This document shows, one piece after another, positions 8,165 to 16,543 of a DNA stretch of 29,773 nt. A program made the position numbers and the translations under genes. Location: IMG/VR virus record IMGVR_UViG_3300036798_000298, positions 1 to 29,773 of that record; one strand, written 5' to 3'. Source of the DNA: a virus. Its lineage: Duplodnaviria; Caudoviricetes. The stretch's first letter is position 1. Each line of letters begins with the position of its first letter. The notes beneath the pieces are model-generated. The model saw only the letters and a list, made by a program, of their open reading frames with translations, did no database searches and was not told where the DNA came from.

Positions 8165-8382
8165 TGTGGCTCGCCACCCTCGGCACGCGGCACTTCGACT
8201 TCGAAGCCGCCGCTCTGACCGAAGCCGGCGCGCGTGACGCGCTCGCCGCTGGCCTCGCCCATCACGCGGCGCAACACGACCTCGACCCCGAATGGGTGAC
8301 CGACATGCTGGAAGACGCCAGCATCCGCGCCCTCACCCTCGACGCTTGCTACCGCGACCATAACCAGATCACCGGAACCTGA
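8164..8382 (+). CDS. Small hypothetical protein (72 aa)
   Basis: TGATG coupling; MWLATLGTRHFDFEAAALTEAGARDAL... Confidence 0.7.
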   Translation: MWLATLGTRHFDFEAAALTEAGARDALAAGLAHHAAQHDLDPEWVTDMLEDASIRALTLDACYRDHNQITGT

Positions 8383-8386
8383 CCCC

Positions 8387-8725
8387 ATGACCTATCAAGT
8401 TGCATTCCCGGATTTCCCGGAAGCCGACATGCCCGAGATCCCGCAAGGGTTCGAGGACACCTCGTCGCACGACGACGCCTGTCCCTCGTTCGAGCATCCG
8501 GGCCTAGGGCTGCGCCTTCACATCGATTACGCCGACAAGGCTTTGAGCGAGATCCCCGGAGGCTCGCGCTTCGGGCTTTACCAGCTTGAACGCTGGGGAG
8601 ACGCTGACAGCGGCGGATGGGACTGGCCGACCCTCGGCACGACAGACCCGAAGCTCGTTGAAACCGACGATTGGGGCGCCGTGCTTGCGGCTGTCGCCAT
8701 CGCCGCCCACAACCCCGCCGCCTGA
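8387..8725 (+). CDS. Acidic hypothetical protein (112 aa) with F.D.S..DD.CPSF motif
   Basis: Fits the operon; about 20 D/E versus 5 K/R. Confidence 0.75.
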   Translation: MTYQVAFPDFPEADMPEIPQGFEDTSSHDDACPSFEHPGLGLRLHIDYADKALSEIPGGSRFGLYQLERWGDADSGGWDWPTLGTTDPKLVETDDWGAVLAAVAIAAHNPAA

Positions 8726-8751
8726 TTTTCAACCCGGCTTCAAGAGACCCC

Positions 8752-9051
8752 ATGACCATGCACTCCAAGGATCCCCAAACCGTCGGCGCTTACCGGACTG
8801 TCGAAGACCACTTCGACAGCGTGTTTCCAGATCATCCGTTCTTTCCCGACAGCCACACGACCGGCGCCACCGGCTTCGCGCTGGCCTCAATGGAACTGGA
8901 CAGCGAATGCGGCGACGACTGCAAAGCCGCCATCGACGCGGCCGGCAAGCTCGCCGAGAGCATCCGTATGGCGTTCGGCGACACCGACCCCCGCCTCGCC
9001 ATCGTCGCCAACGTCGTCGCCGACGTTTGCCGCTGCTACATCTCAGGGTGA
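8752..9051 (+). CDS. Hypothetical protein (99 aa)
   Basis: MTMHSKDPQTVGAY..., acidic, co-oriented in the operon. Confidence 0.65.
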   Translation: MTMHSKDPQTVGAYRTVEDHFDSVFPDHPFFPDSHTTGATGFALASMELDSECGDDCKAAIDAAGKLAESIRMAFGDTDPRLAIVANVVADVCRCYISG

Positions 9052-9055
9052 CCCG

Positions 9056-9343
9056 ATGACGCCAGCAGATCTGCAGACCGCCCGCCGCAAGCTGGGCATG
9101 TCCGCCGCCGACCTCGGGCGCGCGCTGCGCCTCGGCGGACGCGATCCCGGTCTTCAGGTGCGCCGCTGGGAGCGCGCCATGACCGACGCGGTCCCCGGTC
9201 CTGTACAGGTCGCCGTGGAATTCTTCCTCCGCGACCTGAAAGCGGCGAAAGCGGCCACCCTACCGGCCGACCCCGTGACGCCCGCCCAGCCGCCTCCTAG
9301 GCCCGCTGTGCCGACCTTCAGCCGCCGACGCAGCCCTCGCTAG
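9056..9343 (+). CDS. XRE-family helix-turn-helix regulator (Aca-like position)
   Basis: MTPADLQTARRKLGMSAADLGRALRL...VRRWE...VPGPVQVAVEFFL; last gene of the + operon. Confidence 0.8.
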   Translation: MTPADLQTARRKLGMSAADLGRALRLGGRDPGLQVRRWERAMTDAVPGPVQVAVEFFLRDLKAAKAATLPADPVTPAQPPPRPAVPTFSRRRSPR

Positions 9344-9371
9344 GCGCCCTATCGGGCGCAGCGAGATGTCA

Positions 9372-9409
9372 GCGTAATCCGGTTCGAGCGCAGCGAGACC
9401 GGATTACGC
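9372..9409. terminator. 12-bp perfect inverted repeat between the convergent HTH gene and terL (candidate bidirectional terminator)
   Basis: GCGTAATCCGGT (9372-9383) pairs with ACCGGATTACGC (9398-9409) and overlaps the terL stop. There is no U-tract. Confidence 0.5.
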
Positions 9410-10999
9410 GCCCCATAGGCTCGACAGCAGCCCCCGACCCTGAGACCGACGCCACGGCTTGCCGCTGGCGTCGTTTTCGTTCGGGGCCCTGACGCTGGCC
9501 GCTAGGGTCAGGATGGTGGCGTCCCACCCATCGGGCGAGCGGAGACCGCGCTTTCTGATGTCTTCCTTGCTCTCGATCACCACGAACTGGCGTGCGTCGT
9601 ATTTGTACCCGGCCGCCACCGCGTCGGCGTGCAGCGCATCGTCGTCCGGCAGATCCGCGCCGCCCTCGTCGGCCAGCCAGTCCTTCGCCCGCATGTACAT
9701 CTCGGCTCTGCGGTTGCGGGCGCCCGGGACAGGATCCCCCTTGCCGGTGTAGCTGACCGGGTCCATCGCCGCGCCGCCGAAATTGACCCCCTCGACCAGC
9801 TTCTCGTACTTGCCGCCCCAGTCCTTCAGCAGATCCACCACGCCGGCCCCCATGGCGCCGAGGTCGATGAACACCTTGGCGGGCTCGTCGTCGTCGATGA
9901 TCTTCCGCACCCAGTTCGCGCCCTGGATGGTGTCCAACTTGTAACGCCGCTCGACCTTCAGCACCTTGCGCCCGCGCCGCCACGCAACCGCGAACGCGTC
10001 GTCGCCGAAGCGGGCCGGATCTACACCGACCACCAGCGAGCCGATCGCCTCACACGTCCGCTTGCGCGCCTTCAGCACCAGATCCGAAGGTATGAACGCG
10101 TCGTGGCCGGTGGCCTGAAAGGCTTCCTGGCTGGAAGCCGGGTACTCCTGCCGGAACAGGTTCGGATCCTTCAGTTCCGCCAGCTTGGCGCGCCGCCAGG
10201 CCATCTGCTCCAGCGTCAGGCTGTAGATCCCGGCGTAGTCCTCTTCCTCGTCGTTCAGGCTGAAGCCGACCGGCGGGGGCCGCTGGTATTCCGGCGACCA
10301 GAACCACGGGCTGAAAATCGCGATGAATTCGTCGCCCCCGGCCTCGCTCTGCTGCCAACGCTCGTGGAACGCCCCGCCGATCCCGTTGGCGGTGCTTTCG
10401 AGGATCACTTCGGTTCCATCCAGATCCGGGACGGTCTGCAGCGCCCCGGCGAAATGCTCGCTCGCACTCGGCCAGAACCCGCACTCGCTGCCATGGAAAA
10501 GGCTGGTCGTCCGGCTGCGGCCGGTAGCTTTCGACCCCGCGGTCGAGACGAAATAACCGCTGTCCAGCTTGCTGAAGTAGAGCGTCTTTGCGTTCGCCGC
10601 CCCGGTCATCGGACGCATGCCGGACGGCACGTTGCGGTGGAACCGGTCCACGATCCCGAACAGCTGGTCCGTCGCATCCTGCTCGTGCGTCAGGATGAAC
10701 ACCTGACATCCGTAGCTGTGCGTCACCCGATGGTAGTAGCGCGCCCCGACATAGGTCGAAATTCCCTGCTGCCTGGCCTTCAGGCATAACGCCCTGACGC
10801 GGCCGGTTTCGGCCCGCTGCGCCTCCAGCCTGGCGTGCACGTAGTCCTGCACGCTGTTGAACTTGAGCGGCAGCGTCTCGCCCGCCTTGGTGCGGATCTT
10901 CAGGCAGCACTCGGCGAAATACGGCAGCTGGTCCTTGTACCGCTGGTGCAGGTCGCGGAACTCCTGCGACATCTGCACAGGAGCCAGGAACGCCGACAC
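9404..10999 (-). CDS. terL: Terminase large subunit
   Basis: Walker A-like LKARQQGIST, Walker B-like LFHGSE, coupling motif ESTANG, QEYP, and RNase-H-fold nuclease motifs VGVDPA and PDGWDA. Confidence 0.92.
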   Translation of the reverse strand: MSAFLAPVQMSQEFRDLHQRYKDQLPYFAECCLKIRTKAGETLPLKFNSVQDYVHARLEAQRAETGRVRALCLKARQQGISTYVGARYYHRVTHSYGCQVFILTHEQDATDQLFGIVDRFHRNVPSGMRPMTGAANAKTLYFSKLDSGYFVSTAGSKATGRSRTTSLFHGSECGFWPSASEHFAGALQTVPDLDGTEVILESTANGIGGAFHERWQQSEAGGDEFIAIFSPWFWSPEYQRPPPVGFSLNDEEEDYAGIYSLTLEQMAWRRAKLAELKDPNLFRQEYPASSQEAFQATGHDAFIPSDLVLKARKRTCEAIGSLVVGVDPARFGDDAFAVAWRRGRKVLKVERRYKLDTIQGANWVRKIIDDDEPAKVFIDLGAMGAGVVDLLKDWGGKYEKLVEGVNFGGAAMDPVSYTGKGDPVPGARNRRAEMYMRAKDWLADEGGADLPDDDALHADAVAAGYKYDARQFVVIESKEDIRKRGLRSPDGWDATILTLAASVRAPNENDASGKPWRRSQGRGLLSSLWGA

Positions 11000-11006
11000 T
11001 CAGGCC

Positions 11007-11456
11007 CTATCGCAGCTGGGCCAGCGCGTCCTCGTGACTGATCGCGCCGAGGGTCGCATTGAGATCGAGCCGTTCGCCGTACTTGTGCGGCGCCAGCTTG
11101 CCGGCCATCCAGCGGCGCTGCTCGCACCGGAGCTTCGACCGGCTGGTGAACTCACGGTCCTCGATCACCTCGACGGTCCCGTCGCGCCGCTCGATCTGCC
11201 GGCTGTCGCCGGAACTGTCGTCGGCGATCTCCAGCCCCTCGTACGCCAGCAGATCCGCCTGCTGCTCCTTGGCGACCGTGTAGGCCTGGCGGAACTCGGG
11301 ATACTGCACCAGCCAGCGCATCACGCTTGAGATCCCGGGAAACCCCTTGCGGGTGGCGCACAGGAAATCCAGCCCGCGGGGCGTGGTGGCGACGGCCTCA
11401 CAGATCTTCGCCGCGACCTCGTCCGAGTACTCGATCCTGACCAGCCTGACCGACAT
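11007..11456 (-). CDS. terS: Terminase small subunit (Sf6 gp1-like)
   Basis: YSDEVAAKICE...RWL...FRQAY..AKE...R.W.AGKLAP.KYG; immediately upstream of terL. Confidence 0.88.
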   Translation of the reverse strand: MSVRLVRIEYSDEVAAKICEAVATTPRGLDFLCATRKGFPGISSVMRWLVQYPEFRQAYTVAKEQQADLLAYEGLEIADDSSGDSRQIERRDGTVEVIEDREFTSRSKLRCEQRRWMAGKLAPHKYGERLDLNATLGAISHEDALAQLR

Positions 11457-11467
11457 GGGGCGAGGCG

Positions 11468-11644
11468 CTACTTGTAGGGGCTGTCAGGCACCGGGAAGCA
11501 GTTCTCACCGGGATTGCTGGTGTAGTTCGGGCCCCCGCCGGCCAGCGATTTTGTGCGCGGCGCCCCGTTCAGCGTGTCCGACCGTTTGGGGCTCGCCTTG
11601 CTGCTCGACGTATCGGCGACGATCGGATCTCTGGGCGTGTTCAT
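11468..11644 (-). CDS. Small hypothetical protein
   Basis: MNTPRDPIVADTSSSK... between gcrA and terS. The start is uncertain (11644 or 11680). Confidence 0.45.
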   Translation of the reverse strand: MNTPRDPIVADTSSSKASPKRSDTLNGAPRTKSLAGGGPNYTSNPGENCFPVPDSPYK

Positions 11645-11710
11645 CTTGGCCACGGGTGAAGCTCCTGCAGGAAGTTTCAACTGCCGGATTGGATACGTCC
11701 GCAGGGCGCG

Positions 11711-12133
11711 TCAAGCCGCCGGGGGATGCAGGATCGCCTGATGGCCGGCGCAGTACCAGCCGCCCTCGACCGTCACCGGCAGGCAGCAGCTCAGCGTATC
11801 GGCGCCTGCGCCGCCCACCGGGAAGCAGCACTCGCCGGCCAGCCGCTGCTCCCAGAGCCGCGGGCTCGATCCCGCCAGCGGCGCCGAGGCCCGGTCGCGC
11901 CGGGTCTGGGTCTTGACCTGCACCCCGTGCATCAGGTTACGCTTGCCGGTCACCCGCATCGCCACCTCGGCGATCACGCCGGCCCGCGAGGGCAGACCCA
12001 TCCGCTTGCGTTTGTTGGCCACCGCGGCGCGGCTCACGCCGAGCGCCCGGGCGATCTCGCCGCTCGATCGTCCGCCCCGCCAGCCGTCGGCCAGCATCTC
12101 GGCCTGGATCGTTGACCAGGTGCTGCTGCTCAT
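11711..12133 (-). CDS. gcrA: GcrA-family transcriptional regulator
   Basis: N-terminal HTH W...GRSSGEIARALGVSRAAVANKRKRMGL and C-terminal ECCFPVG...CC.P....YCAGH. Confidence 0.8.
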   Translation of the reverse strand: MSSSTWSTIQAEMLADGWRGGRSSGEIARALGVSRAAVANKRKRMGLPSRAGVIAEVAMRVTGKRNLMHGVQVKTQTRRDRASAPLAGSSPRLWEQRLAGECCFPVGGAGADTLSCCLPVTVEGGWYCAGHQAILHPPAA

Positions 12134-12720
12134 CGAACCCTCCCCTGCTGCGGGTCGCCGAACGGGATCTCGTCGCCGTCGTCCGACCACTCCGGCGCGC
12201 CCATCGGGTTGCCGATGTTCGCCGCCTGGAACTTCGCGCCGGGCCAGATCGCCTTGGCCATCTGCAGACTGCCCGGGATCGCATCCAGCAGGTGGCCGAT
12301 CTCGACCGCGGTGTAGACCGCCGTGAACCGGCCGCTGGCCTGCACCATCGCCACCTCGGCCTCGGTCTGCACGAGAGCCGCAACACTGCCGTCGGCCAGC
12401 ATCACCTCCCACACCCACGGCCGGATCGGCCGGTGTCCGGCGGCTTCCGCCGCCTGGTCGAGCGCCAGCCAGCCGCGTTGCATCGCTGCCGCCTTCTGCT
12501 GCACCGCTTCCAGCAGATCCCGTGTCAGGATCCCGGCCTCCCACGCCGTCTGGTAGGCCTGCGACCAGGTCGCCTGCTGCCGGCGGAACCGGGCCCTGAG
12601 GTCGTCGCCGGCCAGCTTCTCGGCGCGGCCGGCGCCCCACTTGGTCTCGATCTCCTCCCGCACCGCCTCGACACCCTCGAAATATCCTCTGAGCGCGCCG
12701 CAATCCTCAGGTGACGGCAT
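12130..12720 (-). CDS. Hypothetical protein of the replication module
   Basis: MPSPEDCGALRGYFEG... after a GGAGG SD; acidic tail DDGDEIPF. Confidence 0.7.
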   Translation of the reverse strand: MPSPEDCGALRGYFEGVEAVREEIETKWGAGRAEKLAGDDLRARFRRQQATWSQAYQTAWEAGILTRDLLEAVQQKAAAMQRGWLALDQAAEAAGHRPIRPWVWEVMLADGSVAALVQTEAEVAMVQASGRFTAVYTAVEIGHLLDAIPGSLQMAKAIWPGAKFQAANIGNPMGAPEWSDDGDEIPFGDPQQGRVR

Positions 12721-12773
12721 GGCGAACCTCCCTTGGTGAGCCTGACGGAGACCTGGCGCGGCGACAGTCGCGA

Positions 12774-12986
12774 TCAGGGCTGGGCATTGTCGAACTCCTT
12801 CAGTTGGGCGGCCACGCTGTCGATCTGCGCCTGTATTTTCCGCCACCGCTCCAGATCCCTTTGCCGGGGTTTTCGGATGTAGGCCTGCGAGTTCGCCAGC
12901 CGCTTCTCCAGCCGCTTCAGCGCCGTCCGCAGATGGTTCCGCTTCCACGCCGGCCGCGGCGTCCAGTCCTCCACCGGCCCACGCAT
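12774..12986 (-). CDS. Small basic coiled-coil hypothetical protein
   Basis: MRGPVEDWTPRPAWKRNHL... after a GGAGG SD. Confidence 0.55.
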   Translation of the reverse strand: MRGPVEDWTPRPAWKRNHLRTALKRLEKRLANSQAYIRKPRQRDLERWRKIQAQIDSVAAQLKEFDNAQP

Positions 12987-13099
12987 CACCCGACCTCCCC
13001 GCCGAGGACGGCGCCCAAGGCTGACGAAGGCGCCGAAGACCGGCCCCCCAAGGCCGGGTTCTTCGGCGCTTTCGGCGTCCTTGAGACGCCGTCCGTCCG

Positions 13100-13350
13100 A
13101 GGCGGAAAACGCCGGTAAAACGGCACGTCCTTCAAACACCTCTCTTGAAGTAGTTCTGTAAGAACTACGAAGAGAGAGGGCGCGATCACGCGCGCGTACG
13201 CGAGGCCAACATGTTGAAACCATTCGCAGAATTTCGTCGATCGCCTTCGAGGCTTATGCCTCACGGCGCCTTCAAGGCGGCAATCCTGCAGACACCTTGT
13301 ATTACAGTGACTTAGCAGCTGCGCCCTAGAAGGCGAGGCGAGGCAGCGAT
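13100..13350. other. Candidate replication origin region
   Basis: Lower GC immediately downstream of the primase-helicase. Palindrome GTAGTTCT-GTA-AGAACTAC (13150-13168), an ACGCGCGCGTACGCG tract and AGGC(G) repeats. Confidence 0.35.
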
Positions 13351-13355
13351 TATCG

Positions 13356-15464
13356 TCAGTCATCGGACGTTCTCCAGCCGCGTTTCGCATGGTTCCTCGA
13401 CGTGAAGATCTGGCCTTCCTCGATGCACTCGCGGATCCCGTGGCTGACCTGTCCGCGACTGACTTCCAGTTCAGTGGCCAGCATCGGAACCAGCGCCTTG
13501 AACAGGTTGCGCGGGCTCCCCCTGGCCTCCAGGAACGGCTTGCCCATGCCCCAATTCCAGCCGACCAGGTCGCTCACCCGCTTCTTGATTTTGGCTGTGG
13601 TCGGGTCTTCCGGCGGGCCCTCGGCCTTGAAGATCCCCGCCTCGTAGGTCAGCCGCATCGCGGTCTCGTCACCGGCGCTGCTGTAGTTCGCCTTGCCGCG
13701 TGTCAGCGTGCGCTCGTCAGGCCCGCCGGGATCGGCCTTGGTCAGGTAGAGGCGGCTGCGGACACCCGCTTCCCACGCACCGCTGCCTGAATAGCCGCGG
13801 CCACCTTCCTGCGCGCCTGACAGGCTGGGATGGCCGACCAGCAGCACGGTGAGGATCTGGCCTCGGGCCTTCTGGTGGGTGATCAGCCCTGAGAGCATGG
13901 TCTTCAGGAACCAGTTCACCTGCTCCCGGGCGTTCTCGTTCGCGCCGTACACGTCGGCCAGCGTGTCGAGGATCAAGAGTGATGGATCCAGCTGCTCAAG
14001 CTTGTTGACCAGCTTCTCGTAGAACGGCCCTGCGCCGGCGTTTCCGGCCCGGTCGAGGGTGACCAGCCGGTTCTCTTCGCCGACCCTCGTCGCCATCTGG
14101 AACGCCTCGAACGGCCAGCCGATCGAGTACCCCATCGCCTCGCGGATCTGCCACATCCGCCGGTGCAGTTCGTCCTCGTCGTCCTCGCAGAAGATCCCGA
14201 GCGTCGCGCCAGGCTTCGTCGTCAGGTTCAGCCAGTTCTGCCGGCCGGCGCGCGCCGCGCCCAGCTGCATCGCCAGCAGCGATTTACCCGTTCCCCCACC
14301 GCCATAGAGCGAGTTCACCACGCCTTCGGCGACCCAGTCGTCCACCAGCCACTGCCGCGGCGGCGGCTCGCCGACGAAGCTGTTGAACGTCCTGAAGCCG
14401 GCCGGCTCGTCCTCAGTGTCGGAGGTGTCGCCGGCCGGCCTGTCGAAGCCCTCGTTCAGCCGCTCGCCCCATGGGTTCTGGTGCGGCTTCGGTTCAGCGG
14501 CGGCGGCTTTCACCTTGCTGTCCCAGTGCCGCATCGCGTAGCGCCACTTGCGGCGCAGCTCGCTGATCCCGCGGCCCTCGCGCTCCAGGCCCTCGGCGTT
14601 AGGGACGCCGCTGAGCCGGGTTTTCGTCGTCGCCTCGTACTGCTGCCAGAGCCGGGCGATCTCGGCCTCCTGCGCCGCCTCCGGGGCCGGGATCGGGCTT
14701 TCCCGGTAGAGATCGACAACCGCGCCCCAGACCACGACCTGCAGCTTGTGTTCGCGGTCATCGATGTCGAAGCCGAAGTCACCTTTCGTTCCGTCGGGGG
14801 ACGGGACGTGTCCGGTTTGTCCGGTCGTCCGGTCCTGTCCCCCGTGTTCCAGCCGCAGCTGCTCGATCGCCTCGATCAGCCAGTCCGGCGCGACGGCCAG
14901 TTCGACCTGCCAGGGCGCCAGCCCCGGGAGCCATTCGTAACTGTGGCCCGAGGTGTGCATCGACGGCGGCGCCACCATGAAGCCGCCCTGGCCGCGCACA
15001 TCGATGCCGACCGCCGAGGCCTTGAAGGTCGGCGGGCTCCAGCCGGTCGGCGCGCTGAACAGGATCTGCTCGCCGCCGCCGCCGGTGCGCTGGCGCGGCG
15101 TCTCGATCTCCAGCCCATTGTTGTGCACGGCCAGCAGCCCGATCCACCACTCTCGGGCCCCGAGGTTCTTCTGGGTGTCGAGGTCGATGCAGAACATGCC
15201 GCCGGACGCGGCGCCGGTGACCAGGCCCAGGTTCTTGCGGTTGCGATGCTCGCCGCCCACCGGATCGTACCAGCGGGCGAACACCGTGTCGGTGACCAGT
15301 GTGTCCTGAAATTCCAGCCAGCTTAGGAGCGCGGGCCGCTTCCACTGGCCGCCCTCGGACGGATGGTGCGACGGCACGACCTGCAGGCCCAGCCGCCGAT
15401 AGGCTGCGGCGTAGCTCGCCGGTGTGGCGAATTCGTCATCGAAGTCGAACGGCGCCGACACCAC
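13356..15464 (-). CDS. Bifunctional primase-polymerase (Prim-Pol) fused to a RecA/RepA-type (AAA_25) helicase
   Basis: Prim-Pol motifs NLGLVTG...CIDLD, RTGGGGEQ and GIDVRGQGGFMVAPPS. Helicase motifs YGGGGTGKS, EDD, LLILDT, LVGHP and SGS.AW. Confidence 0.9.
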   Translation of the reverse strand: MVSAPFDFDDEFATPASYAAAYRRLGLQVVPSHHPSEGGQWKRPALLSWLEFQDTLVTDTVFARWYDPVGGEHRNRKNLGLVTGAASGGMFCIDLDTQKNLGAREWWIGLLAVHNNGLEIETPRQRTGGGGEQILFSAPTGWSPPTFKASAVGIDVRGQGGFMVAPPSMHTSGHSYEWLPGLAPWQVELAVAPDWLIEAIEQLRLEHGGQDRTTGQTGHVPSPDGTKGDFGFDIDDREHKLQVVVWGAVVDLYRESPIPAPEAAQEAEIARLWQQYEATTKTRLSGVPNAEGLEREGRGISELRRKWRYAMRHWDSKVKAAAAEPKPHQNPWGERLNEGFDRPAGDTSDTEDEPAGFRTFNSFVGEPPPRQWLVDDWVAEGVVNSLYGGGGTGKSLLAMQLGAARAGRQNWLNLTTKPGATLGIFCEDDEDELHRRMWQIREAMGYSIGWPFEAFQMATRVGEENRLVTLDRAGNAGAGPFYEKLVNKLEQLDPSLLILDTLADVYGANENAREQVNWFLKTMLSGLITHQKARGQILTVLLVGHPSLSGAQEGGRGYSGSGAWEAGVRSRLYLTKADPGGPDERTLTRGKANYSSAGDETAMRLTYEAGIFKAEGPPEDPTTAKIKKRVSDLVGWNWGMGKPFLEARGSPRNLFKALVPMLATELEVSRGQVSHGIRECIEEGQIFTSRNHAKRGWRTSDD

Positions 15465-15524
15465 GCATGCACCTTGAAAAAGCGGCCCGACGCCCAGGAA
15501 CGAAACGTCGGGCCAAGGGGGCGG

Positions 15525-16241
15525 TCAGAAGTCGTCAAGCACCGGCTCTGGCTGGCGGACCTGCTGTTGCAGGGGCTGCTGTTGCGGGGCCTGCTGTTGC
15601 GCGGGCCCGGTCGGGAAGTTGGCGTCAACGTCGGCCTGGGTCGCGGCCGGCGCGCTGCCGACCGGCGCCGGACGACCGCTTGCCGGGAGTTCCGGCGGGC
15701 GCGGCACCCACTTCAGGATCCGCCAGATCGGGATGTAGTTGGTGCTTGAGACCGGCCGGCCATCGCCGCCCTTGCCGCTGGAGACGATGCTCTCGGTGTC
15801 GGCCAGTTCAACCACCGGCAACATGCCGGGGTTCGACTTCACACCCTCCAGATAGAGGTTGTGCAGCCGGTCCATGCCCTGGATCGAGGCCTGGGCGTTA
15901 GCCGCCATCTCCTTCACGCCGCCGCCCGCTGTACGGCCGAGAACCATGAACACGCGAAATCCGGCGCGGTGCTGGCGGGAGGGGCGAGCCGGCATCGGCT
16001 CAGAGAGCCTGACCGTCTGCAGGTCAGGGGCGTCGTTGGTCGGGAAGCTCAGCCAGCCGTGTTCGATGTTTTCGAGATCCATCACGGCCTGGAACTGCCG
16101 GGTGATCTCGATCGTCTCGTTCGACCAGCCTGTCGCACTCTGGGTGCGGTCAACACGGAACAGACGCCCGGCGCGGGCGTCGTATTTCAGGATGTCGTGC
16201 CTGTCGGCGCCGCCGCCAGGCGGGGGAAGGTTTAGCGCCAT
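15525..16241 (-). CDS. Putative ssDNA-binding/replication protein
   Basis: Upstream of the primase. Beta-rich core, Pro/Gln linker and acidic-aromatic C-terminus (VLDDF) typical of SSBs. Confidence 0.55.
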   Translation of the reverse strand: MALNLPPPGGGADRHDILKYDARAGRLFRVDRTQSATGWSNETIEITRQFQAVMDLENIEHGWLSFPTNDAPDLQTVRLSEPMPARPSRQHRAGFRVFMVLGRTAGGGVKEMAANAQASIQGMDRLHNLYLEGVKSNPGMLPVVELADTESIVSSGKGGDGRPVSSTNYIPIWRILKWVPRPPELPASGRPAPVGSAPAATQADVDANFPTGPAQQQAPQQQPLQQQVRQPEPVLDDF

Positions 16242-16294
16242 GTTCGTCAGTCCTCGTCACGGTGGCGCCGCCAGGGCCGACGCCTGCCCATCGC

Positions 16295-16543
16295 TCACAA
16301 AAATCGGATCTCTTCGGCCTCGATCTCTTCGGCCCGCTTTTCCAGCATCTCGGTGATCGGGTCATTCCACGCGGTCGGAAACTCGAGTTCATGGTCGATC
16401 AGCCAGGCCTCGACCTCTTCCAGCTGGAAAGGCGTCAGGGCGCCGGCGATACGGTCCTCGATCTCGGCCCAGATCCCGGTCTGGCGAGCCCGGTAGGCGG
16501 TGACCGGTGTGAGGCTGAGCGCCAGCGGACCCGGGCGTTTCAT
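16295..16543 (-). CDS. Hypothetical protein (82 aa)
   Basis: ATGA coupling to the MTase stop. Confidence 0.65.
   Translation of the reverse strand: MKRPGPLALSLTPVTAYRARQTGIWAEIEDRIAGALTPFQLEEVEAWLIDHELEFPTAWNDPITEMLEKRAEEIEAEEIRFL

Noticed and set aside
6730-9343. Cassette as an IS or transposon
   Set aside because: No transposase, terminal inverted repeats or target-site duplication were seen.
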